Origin: Eledone cirrhosa
Lineage: Eukaryota
Length of the DNA: 45,837 bases
Direction: 5' to 3'
Assembly: GCA_964016885.1 (NCBI GenBank)
Contig: CAXHJY010000764.1
Location: 1-45,837 of the forward strand
A program made the translations under genes and the position numbers. This document shows positions 43,056-45,837 of this stretch, one piece after another. Numbering within the stretch: position 1 is the stretch's first letter; each line of letters starts with the position of its first letter. The notes under the pieces were generated by a model that did no database searches, was not told the DNA's origin, and worked only from the letters and a program-made list of their open reading frames with translations.

Positions 43056-43447
43056 GGGCGGTGGATTGGCAGTATCGGTAGAGGGTCGGACATCATGCTT
43101 TCCAGCATAGTTACGTCCCTTTACGATCTGAGTTCAAATCCCGCCGAGGTTGACTTTGCCTTTCATCCTTACGTGGTCGATAAAATAAAGTAGCAGTAAT
43201 GCACTGGGGGTAATTGCTGGCCTTGTGCCTAAAGTAGAAACAATTATTAATCTGTGAACGGTGGATTGGCAGTATCGGTAGAGGGTCGGACGCCATGCTT
43301 TGACGCATAGAGTTTCGGCCCTTGCGATTCTATATTTAAATCCCGCCGAGGTTAACTTTGCTTTTCATCCTTACGGGGTCGATAAAATAAAGTACCAGTA
43401 ATGCACTGGGATAATTACTAGCCTTGTGCCAAAAGTAGAAACAATTA
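43056..43447 (+). mobile_element. Two tandem main-family SINEs (different head subtypes)
   Basis: Copies at 43056-43247 and 43260-43447. Confidence 0.9.
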
Positions 43448-43598
43448 TAAATCTGAGAGCGACGGTGAATATCGTAAGAAGATGGCACAGTGTATAGATA
43501 GGAGACTGTACTTACTGAACCTCGGCTGTAATAGAAATTATAGATGGACGAACGGAATACCCCCCCCCCCACACACACACACACATATATACACATGC

Positions 43599-43639
<41 letters not shown>

Positions 43640-43690
43640 TATATATATATATATATATATGCGTATATATATATATATATATATATATGC

Positions 43691-43730
<40 letters not shown>

Positions 43731-43787
43731 GTATGCACACATATATGTAAGTATATATTTATATACATACATATATACAAACATATA

Positions 43788-43821
<34 letters not shown>

Positions 43822-43842
43822 CGTATGCACACATATATGTAA

Positions 43843-43882
<40 letters not shown>

Positions 43883-43938
43883 GTATGCACACATATATGT
43901 AAGTATATATTTATATACGTACATATATACATACATTT

Positions 43939-44000
<62 letters not shown>

Positions 44001-44539
44001 GGGTACAAGTAGGTTATATTGGGTGCAAGTGTTTAACGACAAATGGTAAGGACAAACAAGAAGTGCAACAAGACGCCATTATTGCATTAAAATCTCCCAA
44101 AAAAGAGAGTTCATTAGATGAAATGAAAGTGAATTGTATTGGACTGAAATATTAATACATAAGTTACATTAGTTGTAGACATCAGTGGAATATACTGCTG
44201 GAGAAATACTAGTATTATATGTCCTTCTAGTGCTGGCTTGGCAAGTCTCTGCTGTTTTAATGGTTTATCTGTTGGATCCTACCACTGGTTCTCTCCCTCT
44301 CTCTATATATATATATAATATATATACATATATATATAATGTATACATGCATACACAGAGACAGACATATATATATGGTGGCTGCCAACTCGTTTTCGAG
44401 TACGGCCACTACTTTATATCCATGTAGGAGAACCCCTACTGATGCGCTGAACGAGTGTGACTTTTTAGTCCAGCCAGCGACTAACTCTGGTATATATATA
44501 AGTACATACATACACACACATATATATAAGTACATACAT

Positions 44540-44589
<50 letters not shown>

Positions 44590-44745
44590 ATATAAGTATA
44601 TATATATATATACACACATATATATGTAAGTACATACATACACACACACATATATATATATATGTATACATGCATACACACACACACATATATATAAGTA
44701 CATACATACACACACACACATATATATAGAGAGAGCGAGAGAGAT

Positions 44746-44812
<67 letters not shown>

Positions 44813-44826
44813 GTTATATATATATT

Positions 44827-44858
<32 letters not shown>

Positions 44859-44883
44859 TAGATCTTGATATACATTTGCATGC

Positions 44884-44917
<34 letters not shown>

Positions 44918-44931
44918 ATGTGTGTGTGTGT

Positions 44932-44974
<43 letters not shown>

Positions 44975-45276
44975 GGTGTTTACAATAATTATCCAGATAC
45001 AATTTTCGCAGATTTACGGGAAAGAATTTCATTCCGAGCTAAGCAATTAGATGGGGTGGGGTGAGGTGGGGTGGGGGAATAAATGTGAAATGACTTAGAC
45101 TTGTAGAAATAATACGTACAGTAATACATATATAGCCACACATACAATGATACATAAATATAATCCAACACAAACAGAAAACGCGCGCACACTCGTATAT
45201 ATATATAAATTATATGTCTGTATCCATGCATGTGTGAGTATATATATAGAGAGAGAGAGAGAGGGTACATATATAT

Positions 45277-45474
45277 ATAGGAACGAGTAGGACCCCGACG
45301 GCTGAGCTCAAGCCGTTTCGACGGCTAATTCTGGACTAGTCCAGAGTTAGCAGTCCAAACGGCTTGAGCTCAGCCGTAGGGGTCCTACTCGTTCCTATTA
45401 CCCACACTACTACCCTAAGTATTGAGTACTTTGGTGCATTATGGTCCATCTGGTTCCTTACCACATTTCCTTCG

Positions 45475-45476
<2 letters not shown>
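45277..45476 (+). mobile_element. Hairpin element (family I) copy 2
   Basis: Palindrome 45277-45398 centred on GGACT|AGTCC; same tail as 34797-34877; (TA)n flanks. Confidence 0.85.
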
Positions 45477-45572
<96 letters not shown>

Positions 45573-45595
45573 CTATATATATATATATATAAAGT

Positions 45596-45837
45596 ATTAA
45601 AAAAATAATGAATAAAACAATGAAACAGTTCCTTATATTAAACAAAAAAAGTTCATTATTTAACGATCGTTTCTAGGACATATATGTGTTAGAATTGGCA
45701 TGCATATTCAACAGATCTATGTACAAAATTATACAAAATTATACAAACTATCAAATCTAATATACATACCAACACATACATATACCGTCTCTCTGAAGAC
45801 GGTATATGTATGTGTTGGTATGTATATTAGATTTGAT
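45596..45837. mobile_element. Family C PLE-like insert: long-stem-II HHR on the minus strand with a fold-back at the window end
   Basis: Perfect 41-bp arms 45750-45790 / 45797-45837 around CTCTGA; CTGAAGA at 45793-45799 (+); minus-strand stem II pairings TATGTATGTGTT/AACACATATATG and TTGGTATGTATATT/AATATGCATGCCAA; GAAACGATCGTT at 45662-45673. Confidence 0.75.

Noticed and set aside
45053-45077. G-quadruplex motif GGGGTGGGGTGAGGTGGGGTGGGGG
   Set aside because: The motif is present but unremarkable in such repeat-rich DNA, with no functional context.
45750-45837. Hairpin telomere / protelomerase end
   Set aside because: The palindrome belongs to a dispersed repeat family also seen at 3508 and matches the other internal fold-backs.

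Overview
This is AT-rich, microsatellite-saturated eukaryotic DNA, intronic or intergenic in character. The SINE and LINE repertoire suggests a mollusc, probably an octopod cephalopod (inference). No intact host gene is recognisable, and almost all listed ORFs are translations of (TA)n, (CA)n, (CT)n and trinucleotide repeats. The unique islands between microsatellites are mostly transposon relics: three internally deleted mariner elements, a TIR MITE, about 15 copies or fragments of a tRNA-derived SINE, Tx1/L1-like 3' ends, a Dong/R4-type RLE LINE in (TAA)n, RTE-like and CR1/L2-like tails, and two Penelope-like (PLE) GIY-YIG coding remnants, one of them Naiad-like and missed by the ORF track. 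The standout feature is a dense set of short non-coding inserts in (TA)n that carry type I hammerhead ribozyme (HHR) motifs from about eight sequence families. Seven are long fold-back palindromes or inverted repeats. In one family, two independent copies fold back exactly at the HHR stem II hairpin, which suggests ribozyme-hairpin-primed snap-back synthesis. One HHR (26723-26798) is fully canonical. A speculative chain of minus-strand microexons is also noted. All alignments and folds were done by eye.
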